In this document: one piece after another, positions 1-9,647 of the stretch
Position numbering within the stretch: the first letter of the stretch is position 1
How the letters are laid out: every line of letters starts with the position of its first letter
Source of the DNA: an uncultured beta proteobacterium
Lineage (GTDB): Bacteria; Pseudomonadota; Gammaproteobacteria; Burkholderiales; Casimicrobiaceae
Direction of reading: 5' to 3'
Assembly (NCBI GenBank): GCA_963813415.1
Contig: CAWEYW010000008.1
Location: 98,170-162,169 of the forward strand
Length of the DNA stretch: 64,000 nt
Notes under the pieces: generated by a model
Told to the model about the DNA's origin: nothing
What the model saw: the letters and a program-made list of their open reading frames with translations, nothing else
The model's database searches: none
Program-made: the position numbers and the translations under genes

Positions 1-195
1 AACCGACGTTGCGGAGGGTCCACCGACGCGGCTCACCAATAGCATGAACGTTACCGCTGCCGCGTCGCCATGAGCGTGCGCCCAGCGCACCGCGGCCACG
101 TCCACGGCGGGCCACCAGGTGCCCGCGGTCACGCCATGCGTCAATGCCGCCAGCGCAGCGCAAACGAGAAGTGCGGCGGTGCCGCGAACGCGCAT
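1..195 (-). CDS. partial CDS (N-terminus only, runs off the window): leader/TM-bearing protein, possibly PAP2-type phosphatase
   Basis: Not in ORF track (no stop in window). Hand translation of minus strand from ATG at 195: MRVRGTAALLVCAALAALTHGVTAGTWWPAVDVAAVRWAHAHGDAAAVTFMLLVSRVGGPSATSV. Hydrophobic leader and mostly G/C third positions. The family guess rests on the N-terminal pattern only. Confidence 0.35.
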   Translation of the reverse strand, partial: MRVRGTAALLVCAALAALTHGVTAGTWWPAVDVAAVRWAHAHGDAAAVTFMLLVSRVGGPSATSV

Positions 196-350
196 GGTCG
201 ACCAGGAGTGGTGCATCGACGCTGGGCCGGGTCATAAATTCCTGATGGAAGTGACGGGACGTTACCATTCCTCGCGGCCGGGTCATCGCGGGCATTGTCA
301 TCATCCGGGCCGCAGGCTACCCTTCGACAACGCGATCCTCGACAACCGAC

Positions 351-716
351 GTGCGCCCCGAAGACCTGCGCGAACGAGTGCGAATGCGACTGCACCGCCT
401 GCGCAACGCGCTGTCGGCGCTGGACGCGGCAGAGCTGACCGCGCTGCGCGAAGCGGCCGGCGAGACCCACGGCGTTGCCCCCGGTCTTTTCGCCTGGCTG
501 GAACACATCACGGGGTGGGAAATCGATCGCCGCGAGCGTCAGTCTTATTTGCTGCGGTTTCCGGAGGAAGCCATGGAGCCCGACGAGGTGCCGGATGCGC
601 TCACGGCTCTCGGAACGCTCGCGTTGACCTTCCGCAAGGCCGGCTGTTCGCCGGAGATCGATGAGCTGCTCGGGGCGGCGGCCGAGGTGGTGAGGGGCGA
701 CACCACGCTGCAATGA
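351..716 (+). CDS. hypothetical protein (121 aa)
   Basis: ORF track 351..716 with GTG start (alternative ATG at 384). Strongly G/C-biased third positions and non-junk composition. Sits 35 nt upstream of the glycosyltransferase gene on the same strand. Confidence 0.55.
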   Translation: MRPEDLRERVRMRLHRLRNALSALDAAELTALREAAGETHGVAPGLFAWLEHITGWEIDRRERQSYLLRFPEEAMEPDEVPDALTALGTLALTFRKAGCSPEIDELLGAAAEVVRGDTTLQ

Positions 717-750
717 TCCTTGGTGGCTGCATCCCGTCGACGGTGCCCGC

Positions 751-2376
751 ATGACCCTGATGTCCGGCACGCAACCTCGCGTCACCATCGTGATGACTGC
801 GCGCGAGCGCCATTCGCGCGCCGAAGCCGCGATCGAGGCCATCGTCGCCGAAACGCCGCGTCCCTATCGGTTGATCTACCTCGATATCGACTCGCCGGCC
901 TGGCTGCGCCGGGTCTTCACGTCGCGCGCCGCAGAGTGGGGGCTCGAGGTCGTGAGCATGGATGGCTGCCTCTGGCCGCACCAGGCGCGCGTGCGCATCA
1001 TCGAGAGCATCGCCACGCCCTACACGGTGTTCATCGACAACGATGTGGACGTCGGGCCGGGATGGCTCGAGCCGCTCGTGGCTTGTGCGGACGCGACCGG
1101 CGCCGGCATCGTCGGTCCGCTGTATCTCACCGGCGATGGTGTACAGGCGGCGCGCATCCACATGGCCGGTGGGCGGCTCGTCCGAAGTCACGACCCCGAC
1201 GGGCTGGTTCTGGACGAGGCGCACGTTCTCGCCAACGGGGACCCGAGGCGCGTAGCGGACCAGCTGCGCCGGCAACCGTGCGATTTCGTCGAATACCATT
1301 GCATGCTCATCCGCACGGAGCTCTTGCGGGCAGGCGTACTCGACCCGCGTATCACGTGCGTGCACGAGCACATCGACACGTCACTGACCGCCGGGCGGCT
1401 CGGTTACGAGACCTACATCGAGCCGGCGGCCAGGGTGAGCTATCTCGGCGATTCGGATTACCTGCTCGAGGACCTGCCCATTTTCCGCAGCCGATGGCAA
1501 CGCGCGGACGCCGACGCGAGCATCGCTGCCTTCTGCCGCAAGTGGGGCGTGGTGGATGACGAGCGGTCATTCGGTGGGGTAAGGCGCTTTCTGGCCGATC
1601 ACGTGGCGGACGTGGACCCGATCCGGCCTGCATTGCGCGATCACCCGGAGCACCGCGTCGCCATGGCCGCGCACGAGCTCGGGCAGACCCGGTCGGCGCT
1701 GCTCGATCTCGCGCTGGAACGGGGCTACGTCCGGGACGAGCTCGCCCTCCTTGCCAATGCCTATCACCTCGCGCACATCCTGATGGACGGCGGCTACCGC
1801 CCCTGCGGACGGCCATTCATCAACCATCTGGTCGGCACCGCGAGCGTGCTGGTGCGCTACGGGTTTCGCGCCGAGACCGTGGCTGCCGGGCTGCTGCACT
1901 CGGCGTACACGCACTGCCCGGCCGATGCCGCCGGGGGCCAGCCCGTGGGGGAGGCCGTTTGCGCAGCGCTGGGTGGACGCGGGAGCCCGCTCGAACGTCG
2001 CGTCCGCGCGTATACGCTGCGCGAACAGCATGCTCCGGGCGCGGACGCAGAGCCAGCCGATCTGACGACCCTCTCCGTCCTGGAGGCCGAGATCATTGCC
2101 ATGACCGCGGCGAACGAGCTCGACATGTATCTGAGCGGCGAATTCCGCCACTCCGGACGCACCGACACGATTCCGCAGAGGGCATGCGAGCAAATCGCGA
2201 AGGTGTGCGAGCTGCTCGCAGTCGATGGGCTCTACGCCGCCCTCCGTCGCGAGCAGCAGCGAGCGGCGTCGATCCCCGCCGAGTTCATCACCGGACGCCC
2301 CTTCAGCTACCGGATCGGCCAGGACAAGCGGACCGCCGTACCCATGGCGGGCGATGTCCGTGCGGTATTGCCCTGA
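751..2376 (+). CDS. glycosyltransferase (GT-A/GT2-like) fused to a SpoT/RelA-like HD-type domain
   Basis: ATG start. N-terminal half has RVTIVMTARE and FIDNDVDV (DxD-like). C-terminal half has GRPFINHLVGTASVLVRYGFRAETVAAGLLHSAYTH, resembling the HD-domain metal-binding core. Confidence 0.75.
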   Translation: MTLMSGTQPRVTIVMTARERHSRAEAAIEAIVAETPRPYRLIYLDIDSPAWLRRVFTSRAAEWGLEVVSMDGCLWPHQARVRIIESIATPYTVFIDNDVDVGPGWLEPLVACADATGAGIVGPLYLTGDGVQAARIHMAGGRLVRSHDPDGLVLDEAHVLANGDPRRVADQLRRQPCDFVEYHCMLIRTELLRAGVLDPRITCVHEHIDTSLTAGRLGYETYIEPAARVSYLGDSDYLLEDLPIFRSRWQRADADASIAAFCRKWGVVDDERSFGGVRRFLADHVADVDPIRPALRDHPEHRVAMAAHELGQTRSALLDLALERGYVRDELALLANAYHLAHILMDGGYRPCGRPFINHLVGTASVLVRYGFRAETVAAGLLHSAYTHCPADAAGGQPVGEAVCAALGGRGSPLERRVRAYTLREQHAPGADAEPADLTTLSVLEAEIIAMTAANELDMYLSGEFRHSGRTDTIPQRACEQIAKVCELLAVDGLYAALRREQQRAASIPAEFITGRPFSYRIGQDKRTAVPMAGDVRAVLP

Positions 2377-2690
2377 CGAGCCTGGGACATTCGGCAGTGT
2401 GACCGTGGCCGGCCGGCTGCGCTTCGACCAGATCCGGCGCGGGCCCGCTTCCCCATAAGGTTGGCGGCAACGCGGCCGATAACCTCCTATCGGGTCGTTA
2501 ACCGGAAACCGAGGACCCGCCCTGGCATGGTGCCGTCGATGCCGGCAGCGACACGGTCTTCCCTTCCGGGGTCGGGCTTGCACGCGCCACTGCACCGTGA
2601 ACGCGCGGCCGACCAGGTCCTTGCTGCGGCTCGCGCGTCGCGGGCGGCCACGACCGACGCCGGGCAACGAAGCGCGTCCGTGAAGCCACC

Positions 2691-4571
2691 ATGCTCATCC
2701 CTGACCACCATCCCAGTCGCGACCCGCGTGATGGCGGCTCCCTCCGCGAGCTGAGTCGCCTCCGCGCGCGTATCCGGCAACTCGAGGAAGCACTGAGCTC
2801 GGCGAGTGCCAGCGCGGAGCGGCAGGCGCGCGCGGCCCGTGCGGTGGTGAGTCGCTACATCCGCGGCCAGCGCATCGCCCGACTGGGCAGCTGGGAATGG
2901 GACCGCCGCACCGGCGTGGTCACGTGTTCGGCCGAGCTTTACCGGATCGTCGGCATGGCTGCGCACCAGCCGACCTGTTCGGCGCACGACGTCCTGCGGC
3001 CGCTGCACGAGGAGGACCGGCGGCGGTTCCGCCAGTGGATCGTCGATCTCGCCCGTGGCAAGCCTCGCGAACCCGTGGACGTCCGCGCCCAGCTCGCCAG
3101 CGAGGTTCGCCACGTGCATGTCCTGGGCGAGCCGCTGCGCACGCCCGACGGGCGAATCATCGGCGTCACCGGAACGCTCCAGGAGGCGACGGAACGCACG
3201 CGTGCCATTCAGCAGATCCATCGCCTCGCCTATTACGACGTTCTCACGGACCTGCCCAACCGCTCACGCTTCAACGAGGCCCTGGTCGAGACGCTTGCCC
3301 TGGCTGAAAGGGAGAGCGGGCAGTTCGCGATCATGTTCCTCGATCTCGATCATTTCAAACGCGTCAACGACAGCTTTGGCCACGCGATGGGGGACGAGCT
3401 GCTGCGACTCGTCGCCCACCGGCTCAAGTCCGTGCTGCGCCTCGACGACGTGAGCGCGTCGGTGCAGCACCGCCGGCCCGAGGGGGACGTCTGCCGGCAA
3501 GGCGGGGACGAGTTCGTGGTGCTCCTCAAGGGCATCGCCACGGAAGCCGATGCCGAGCGCGCGGTCCGGCGCCTGCTCGATGCCCTCGCCCAACCCATCA
3601 CGCTGGGCTCGCACGAGATCTTCATCTCCGCTTCCATCGGCGTGGCGCTGTACCCGCGCGACGGCGGCGACCTCGACGCGCTGATCAAGAACGCGGACGT
3701 CGCCATGTATCGCGCGAAGGCGGAAGGGCGCAACCGGCACGTGTTCTATCACGATGGCCTGCGCGCCGCGACGGCGCGCAAGCTGTCGCTCGATCACGAT
3801 CTGCGCAAGGCCGTCGAAGGCGAGCAGTTCGTCCTCCATTACCAGCCGCAGATCGACGTTCGCAGCGGCGCCATCGTCGGCCTCGAGGCACTGATCCGCT
3901 GGAACCATCCCACCCTCGGGCTGCTGCCGCCGGCGAGCTTCATCGAAGTTGCGGAGGAAAACGGCCTCATCATGGCGATCTGGGAGTGGGTCCTGGTGTC
4001 GACGCTGATCCAGCACAACACCTGGCTGCAGGAGGGACTGCCCTGCGTGACCATCGGGGTCAACCTCTCGAGCGTGCAATTCAGCGACAAGGGGCTCGCC
4101 CGGCGCGTCGAGGAAATATCGTCGGTGGTCGGCGTGTCCCCGACCCATATCGAGCTGGAAGTGACCGAGTCGATGCTGATGAACGACTTCGAGGGGACGC
4201 TGGCGACGCTGAACGCGCTGCGCGCGATGGGCGTGCAGATTGCGATCGACGATTTCGGCACCGGCTATTCGTCACTTTCCTATCTGCGCCGGCTGCCCAT
4301 CGACAAGCTGAAGCTGGACCAATCGTTCACGCGCGATGCCGCAGAAAGCGGAAAGGGCGCGGCGATCACCAAGGCGATCATCGCCATGGCGCACTCTCTT
4401 GATTTGAAGGTCGTGGCCGAAGGCGTGGAGACCCAGGCGCAGCTCGAGCTTCTGTGTGGGCTGGGCTGCACCACCATGCAGGGGTACCTGCTGAGCCGGC
4501 CCATGCCTGCCGGCGCGATCGGCGAGTTGCTCCGCCGCAACGTGCCAGCCGGGATCGCGCAGGCTCGCTGA
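2691..4571 (+). CDS. PAS-like sensor diguanylate cyclase/phosphodiesterase (GGDEF-EAL)
   Basis: RQGGDEFVVLL (GGDEF); EALIRW, DDFGTGYSSLSYL and KLDQSF (EAL); coiled-coil/PAS-like N-terminus. Confidence 0.9.
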   Translation: MLIPDHHPSRDPRDGGSLRELSRLRARIRQLEEALSSASASAERQARAARAVVSRYIRGQRIARLGSWEWDRRTGVVTCSAELYRIVGMAAHQPTCSAHDVLRPLHEEDRRRFRQWIVDLARGKPREPVDVRAQLASEVRHVHVLGEPLRTPDGRIIGVTGTLQEATERTRAIQQIHRLAYYDVLTDLPNRSRFNEALVETLALAERESGQFAIMFLDLDHFKRVNDSFGHAMGDELLRLVAHRLKSVLRLDDVSASVQHRRPEGDVCRQGGDEFVVLLKGIATEADAERAVRRLLDALAQPITLGSHEIFISASIGVALYPRDGGDLDALIKNADVAMYRAKAEGRNRHVFYHDGLRAATARKLSLDHDLRKAVEGEQFVLHYQPQIDVRSGAIVGLEALIRWNHPTLGLLPPASFIEVAEENGLIMAIWEWVLVSTLIQHNTWLQEGLPCVTIGVNLSSVQFSDKGLARRVEEISSVVGVSPTHIELEVTESMLMNDFEGTLATLNALRAMGVQIAIDDFGTGYSSLSYLRRLPIDKLKLDQSFTRDAAESGKGAAITKAIIAMAHSLDLKVVAEGVETQAQLELLCGLGCTTMQGYLLSRPMPAGAIGELLRRNVPAGIAQAR

Positions 4572-4703
4572 ACCGACGTCAGGGCAGCAACCCGTGATGC
4601 GCGGCCGGTGAGGCTGCATCGGTGGCGAATGGCACGCCTCGGTGCGTCAATCGCCGCACGCCCGCGTGCTATCGTGAACGATCGACGTTACTTGCTGGAC
4701 TCG

Positions 4704-5570
4704 ATGCGTAACCTGGTGCTCGTACTGATCGCTGCTCTCGCCATCCCGGCGATCGCCGGCGAGACCATCCGCGCGTCGTCCACATCGGGGCAGGAGCGGG
4801 GCTCGATGCTGCACGTCGAGACATTCGGCAGCGGCCCACCGATCCTGTTCCTGCACGGCGGGCTCGTCTATTTCGCCAACAATTTCGCGCGCCAGCGCGA
4901 CTACTTCGCCTCGTTCCGGCGCGTCATCGGGATCGATCAACGAGGCCATGGGCATAGTCCGGACACGCCGGAGCCGTTCTCCTACCGCGAGATGGCCGAG
5001 GACACGGCCGCCGTCATCAGGCGCCTCGGAGTTGCTCCCGTCGATGTCGTCGGCCACAGCGATGGCGGCGACGTTGGCCTGCTGCTGGCCGTGCATCACC
5101 CCGAGCTCGTACGGCGGCTGGTGATTTCCGGAGCCAACCTGAGGGCGGGCTTGCCCGCGGAGGAGCTGCAACGCCGGCGCGGTTGGACCGACGCGCAGAC
5201 GGCGGAGAAGGTGCAGCAAATCGCCGCCATGGTGCCCCCGTCGTTCCGGACGGATTACGAAAGCGTCACGCCTGAAGTACCCGGCCACTGGTCGGTGCTC
5301 CTCAGGAAGTCCTACGACCTATGGCTTACCCCCGTGGTCGTCGACCCTGCCGACCTGCGGGCCGTGCAAGTGCCCGTGCTCGTCATGGCCGGCGATCACG
5401 ATTTCGGTCCCATCGAGGGTGCGCTGGAAATCTACCGGGCGCTGCCTCACGGCCAGCTGTTCATTGTCCCGGCGTCGGGACACGGAACCTTTCTCGACCG
5501 CGCAGAGCTCGTGAATCTTGCTGTCCGCCAGTTCCTCGACGGGGACGCTAGCCGCCTCCCAGCCCATTGA
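4704..5570 (+). CDS. secreted alpha/beta hydrolase
   Basis: Track ORF 4608..5570 trimmed to ATG 4704 (MRNLVLVLIAALAIPAIAG signal-like leader). Has LFLHGG, nucleophile elbow GHSDGG and C-terminal SGHGTF. Confidence 0.8.
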   Translation: MRNLVLVLIAALAIPAIAGETIRASSTSGQERGSMLHVETFGSGPPILFLHGGLVYFANNFARQRDYFASFRRVIGIDQRGHGHSPDTPEPFSYREMAEDTAAVIRRLGVAPVDVVGHSDGGDVGLLLAVHHPELVRRLVISGANLRAGLPAEELQRRRGWTDAQTAEKVQQIAAMVPPSFRTDYESVTPEVPGHWSVLLRKSYDLWLTPVVVDPADLRAVQVPVLVMAGDHDFGPIEGALEIYRALPHGQLFIVPASGHGTFLDRAELVNLAVRQFLDGDASRLPAH

Positions 5571-5591
5571 CGCAGTAACCACCCCCTGCGC

Positions 5592-6401
5592 CTACGCCCA
5601 CTCGGGGATGGAAGAAACCCGCAGCTGTTCGACCTCGGGAAGATCGAACCCGAAGCCGTCCGCCAGCAACTCCCGCAGGGCCTTGCGATCGTCCAGCTGG
5701 CTGCGCTCCGCGACGCCGTTGCGCCAGCGTGTGACGTCACGATTCATGATGCTGATGCGCCCGTCCGGCGTGAAGGCGCGAAGCATGAGGCGATGGCGCA
5801 TCGGGGAATTCGGATGCGTGGCGGTGTAGTGGTTGCTGACCTCGAAATCGACCAGGTTGTCGTGCTCGAGCGTCGACACCCAGCAGTCGATCACCTTTTC
5901 CCCGGCGGCGGCCCGCAATACCCAGTGGTCGTCTTCACGCGCCAGCCAATGGACGTCGTCCTCGAGCCGCACGGCGGCATCGGGCGAAAGCGGCAGGGGC
6001 AGACGCGGCGTCAGGCCGCCGAAGCCCGGATCGACGACGAACGTGCCTTCGGGTAGCGACACCGTCAGCAGCTCGTGGGCGCGCGGTGCTTCGTTTCGAG
6101 GCATGACGATCACCACGCGCGCAGTGTGCCGCACGAGGTCGTAGCCAAGGCGCTCCAGGACCGAGGCGAACAGCGTGGCGTGCTCGAAACAATATCCTCC
6201 ACGTTTCGCCGTGATGAGCTTGGCTTGCAGGCCGTCGAGATCGAGGCGGATGCCCCGCCCCAGAAGCACGTCGAGATTCTCGAAGGGAATGCGAGACACG
6301 TGCGCGAGCAGGAGCCCGGCGAGATTCCCATAGCTCGGCTGGGCCGAGCCACCCCAGTGAATCCGCTCGAAGTACGCGTCCAGGTCGATGGTGGCGGCCA
6401 T
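5592..6401 (-). CDS. arylamine N-acetyltransferase (NAT family)
   Basis: Track ORF 5592..6422 trimmed to ATG 6401, preceded by GGAGGA. Has IPFENLD and RGGYCFEH (active-site Cys context). Confidence 0.85.
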   Translation of the reverse strand: MAATIDLDAYFERIHWGGSAQPSYGNLAGLLLAHVSRIPFENLDVLLGRGIRLDLDGLQAKLITAKRGGYCFEHATLFASVLERLGYDLVRHTARVVIVMPRNEAPRAHELLTVSLPEGTFVVDPGFGGLTPRLPLPLSPDAAVRLEDDVHWLAREDDHWVLRAAAGEKVIDCWVSTLEHDNLVDFEVSNHYTATHPNSPMRHRLMLRAFTPDGRISIMNRDVTRWRNGVAERSQLDDRKALRELLADGFGFDLPEVEQLRVSSIPEWA

Positions 6402-6620
6402 GAGTCCTCCACGAATGATCACCGTGCCGCGCCCGGGTGGCCGCCGGTGCGATACGGCATGGCGTGCTCGACTATCCGCAGGAAACCTGTCTGCGGATTA
6501 TGCGATGCCCGGAGCGTTTCCGGTCGCCCGAGCGCTTCTCGGTGGCGTGCCGGCCTGCGGCGGGTGCATCGCGCGCCATGATGGCGACCCCGTTGCCGCG
6601 AGCGGCCAGCCTGGATTGGC

Positions 6621-6629
6621 TGCTAAAAT
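6621..6629 (+). promoter_or_regulatory. possible extended -10 promoter element (TGcTAAAAT) for tRNA-Gly
   Basis: TGCTAAAAT ends 10 nt before the mature tRNA 5' end. No convincing -35 element. Confidence 0.3.
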
Positions 6630-6639
6630 CGCAGCCTTC

Positions 6640-6713
6640 GCGGGTGTAGCTCAATGGTAGAGCAGAAGCTTCCCAAGCTTACGACGAGGGTTCGATTCCC
6701 TTCACCCGCTCCA
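6640..6713 (+). tRNA. tRNA-Gly (anticodon CCC)
   Basis: Hand-folded cloverleaf: acceptor GCGGGTG/CACCCGC; D arm GCTC-AATGGTA-GAGC; anticodon loop TTCCCAA; T arm GAGGG-TTCGATT-CCCTT. Encoded CCA; 74 nt. Confidence 0.95.
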
Positions 6714-6760
6714 CGTTGCTGCCGCCCCTCCCGCGCCGGTCGAACCGCCCCGCCTCCCCC

Positions 6761-7513
6761 ATGAACCGCGCGCTGCGCCACCTCTCCCTCGTCACCCAGC
6801 GGCACCGCCATCTCGTGCTGGTGCTGGTCGGGCTGGCGCTGATCGACCAGTGGTTGGGGCTCGCCCTGTGGATTGCGCACGATCCGTCGTATCTGCAGAA
6901 CGGGCATCCCATCATTTTCGTGCTGGCGATGTCGCTGTCCGTGCTGATCATCGTGCTCGGCGCAGTGCTCTACGCGGTTCTCGGGAACGTGCGCGTCTCG
7001 GAGCACGAGCTGGCACGCATGGCGACTACCGATCTGCTGACCGGTGTGCTCAACCGCCGCGGATTCATGGGCGCAGCGGCGCAGGAATTCTCGCGCGCCG
7101 TGCGCTATGACAGGCCGCTGTCGGTGCTCTCGGTCGACCTCGATGTATTCAAAGGCGTGAACGATGCGCATGGCCACGCGGCCGGTGATGCCGTGCTCCA
7201 GGCGTTTGCCGCCGCGTGGCAGAACGTGCTGCGGACCACCGACAGCATCGGCCGCACCGGCGGCGAAGAGTTCGCGATCCTGCTGCCCGAGACGGCGATG
7301 CCCCAGGCGCGCGAGTTGGCCGAACGGGTGCGCAACGCGTGCGAGCGGCATCCGTTTCCGTTTCTGCCCGCCGGCGCCTCGATCACCGTCAGCGTCGGTG
7401 TCGCCGCGATCATGACCGGTGACAGCAGCATCGAGCATGCGCTCGCGCGCGCCGACGGCGCGCTGTATCGCGCGAAGACGACGGGACGCAACCGGGTAGA
7501 GAGCGCCGAATAA
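6761..7513 (+). CDS. membrane-anchored diguanylate cyclase (GGDEF)
   Basis: Track ORF 6716..7513 trimmed to ATG 6761. Two N-terminal hydrophobic segments. GGEEF preceded by RTTD (RxxD I-site spacing). Confidence 0.85.
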   Translation: MNRALRHLSLVTQRHRHLVLVLVGLALIDQWLGLALWIAHDPSYLQNGHPIIFVLAMSLSVLIIVLGAVLYAVLGNVRVSEHELARMATTDLLTGVLNRRGFMGAAAQEFSRAVRYDRPLSVLSVDLDVFKGVNDAHGHAAGDAVLQAFAAAWQNVLRTTDSIGRTGGEEFAILLPETAMPQARELAERVRNACERHPFPFLPAGASITVSVGVAAIMTGDSSIEHALARADGALYRAKTTGRNRVESAE

Positions 7514-7725
7514 GCAACACTCCCGGCGTGCAGGCCGCGCCAACGGCGGTCGCAAGCCGCACGATGCTGCGCCGGCTCCGCTAGAATGGTGGTGCCCTGC
7601 TGTTCGCATCGGCACGGCTGCTGCATCCTCTTCTCTCCCGATCTGTCCCCCATGGCGCCCGGCGCTCGTCACGCCCGCCCCGCGATCGCGGCCAGCGTCC
7701 TGCGCAACGTACCCGGGGCGCGCGC

Positions 7726-8634
7726 GTGAAGGCGCGCACTTCCACGCACATTCCGGCCGCAGCCGTCGGCATGATCCTCGCCGCGGTGCTGTGCTTCTCG
7801 ATCCTCGATTCGATGATCAAGTCCCTGGCGCCGCGGTACCCGGTCCCGCTGCTGGTATGGGCCCGGTACGGCGTGCAGGCCCTCGCCATGCTGCTCTGGT
7901 TCGGCCCGAGCATGGGCGTGGCGCTGCTGCGCACCCGCCACCCGCGCGTGCAACTCCTGCGTGGCGCCATCCTCGTGCTCTCGTCGATCTTCTTCGTCAA
8001 CGCGCTGCGCTTCCTTCCGCTCGCCGACGCGACCGCCATCAACTACTCGACCCCGACGGTCGTCGTCCTGCTGGCCGTCATCTTCCTGCATGAAAGGATG
8101 ACCCGGCCGCGGATCGCGTTCGTCGTCGCGGGCGTGATCGGCATGACCCTCATCGTGCGTCCGGGCGCGCAGCTCTTCCAGGGCGCGTCCCTGCTCGCGC
8201 TGGGCGCTGCTGCCTGCTATGCCACGTTCCAGATCCTGACCCGCAAGCTCGCCGACGAGGATTCGCGCGTGCTGCTGTTCTACCCGGCGCTGGTCGGAAC
8301 GCTGCTGCTCACCCTCGCGCTGCCCTCGCTCAGGCTGCCCGGCGGCATCCCGTGGCAGGACGTGCTGCTGATCGTCATTGCGGGGCTCTTCGGCACCATC
8401 GGGCACTTCCTGTTCATCCTGGCGTTCCAGCGCGCGCCGGCGTCGGGCCTCACGCCCTTCACCTACATGCAGCTGGTGTGGGCCACGCTCATCGGGTGGT
8501 TCGTGTTCGGCGATTTCCCCGCCCGGCTCACGTTGATCGGCATGGGCGTCATCTCGGCCAGTGGCCTCCTGCTGACGTGGCACGAGCAGCGGCAGCAGCC
8601 GCGATCGCTGCGCGGACCACCTACGGTGGATTGA
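7726..8634 (+). CDS. EamA/DMT family transporter
   Basis: About 10 hydrophobic segments in duplicated EamA-like halves. GTG start at 7726 (alternative ATG at 7771). Confidence 0.8.
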   Translation: MKARTSTHIPAAAVGMILAAVLCFSILDSMIKSLAPRYPVPLLVWARYGVQALAMLLWFGPSMGVALLRTRHPRVQLLRGAILVLSSIFFVNALRFLPLADATAINYSTPTVVVLLAVIFLHERMTRPRIAFVVAGVIGMTLIVRPGAQLFQGASLLALGAAACYATFQILTRKLADEDSRVLLFYPALVGTLLLTLALPSLRLPGGIPWQDVLLIVIAGLFGTIGHFLFILAFQRAPASGLTPFTYMQLVWATLIGWFVFGDFPARLTLIGMGVISASGLLLTWHEQRQQPRSLRGPPTVD

Positions 8635-8719
8635 GGCTCGCCTCCGCCCGCCTTGCTACCATCACGCATCGGTCACGCATCGGCCAATCGTGCGCGACCC
8701 CACTACTCGGGAGCACTCC

Positions 8720-9640
8720 ATGGACAAGCAACCACGCATCGGCTTCGTCGGCCTCGGCCTCATGGGCCATGGCATGGCGAAGAATCTCGTCACCAAGGGC
8801 TTCCCGCTGACCGTGCGCGCGCACCGCAACCGCAAGCCGCTGGAAGATCTGCTCGCGGCCGGCGCCCGGGAGGTGACCACCAACGCGGAGCTCGCGCGCA
8901 CCGCCGACATCGTGTTCCTGTGCGTGACCGGAGCCCCCGAGGTCGACGAAGTGATCAACGGTCCCGCCGGCATTCTCGAGGCAGCGCGCGAAGGGCTGAT
9001 CGTCGTCGACACGTCGACCAGCGAACCCGCCGTGACGGCGCGGTTGCGCGATCTGCTCGCGACGCGCGGCACCCGTCTCGTCGACGCGCCGCTCGGTCGC
9101 ACGCCGAAGGAAGCCGAGGAGGGGCGGCTCAACATCATGGTCGGCGCCGATGATGCGACCTTCGCGCAATTGAAGCCGGTGCTGGCGGCGTTCTGCGAGA
9201 ACGTGATCCATGTCGGCCCGCCCGGGCACGGCCATACGATCAAGCTCATCAACAATTTCATGGCCATGAGCACGGCCACCGCGCTGGCCGAGGCCTTCGC
9301 CACCGCGGCACGTGCCGGCGTGCCCGGCCGCAAGCTGTTCGAGGTGCTCGCCGCCGGCCCGAACAATTCCGGCATTCTCCAGATGGCCGCGGGTCGCATG
9401 CTGGAAGGCGATCTCACGGGGCTCAAGTTCACGCTGGTGAACGCGATGAAGGATCTGCGCTACTACACGCATCTGGCGGAGTCGCTGCCGACCTCGGCGG
9501 TAGTGGGCGAAGCGGTCCACCAGACCCTCGTGCACGCGAACCTGCTGGGCTTCGGTGAAAGCTACATCGCGTCGCTGTTCGAGGCGCAGGAGAAGCTCTC
9601 GGGTGCACAGATCGTTCCGCGCGCTGCGGCACACGACTGA
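8720..9640 (+). CDS. NAD(P)-dependent oxidoreductase, 3-hydroxyisobutyrate/6-phosphogluconate dehydrogenase-like
   Basis: Trimmed to ATG 8720 (GGGAG upstream). IGFVGLGLMGHGMAKNL Rossmann motif. Confidence 0.85.
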   Translation: MDKQPRIGFVGLGLMGHGMAKNLVTKGFPLTVRAHRNRKPLEDLLAAGAREVTTNAELARTADIVFLCVTGAPEVDEVINGPAGILEAAREGLIVVDTSTSEPAVTARLRDLLATRGTRLVDAPLGRTPKEAEEGRLNIMVGADDATFAQLKPVLAAFCENVIHVGPPGHGHTIKLINNFMAMSTATALAEAFATAARAGVPGRKLFEVLAAGPNNSGILQMAAGRMLEGDLTGLKFTLVNAMKDLRYYTHLAESLPTSAVVGEAVHQTLVHANLLGFGESYIASLFEAQEKLSGAQIVPRAAAHD

Positions 9641-9647
9641 TCGCCGG

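Noticed and set aside
6640-8634. tRNA-Gly as the integration site of a genomic island
   Set aside because: No integrase, no direct repeat of the tRNA 3' end that I could find downstream, and no obvious compositional break. The downstream genes (GGDEF, EamA) look like ordinary chromosomal genes.
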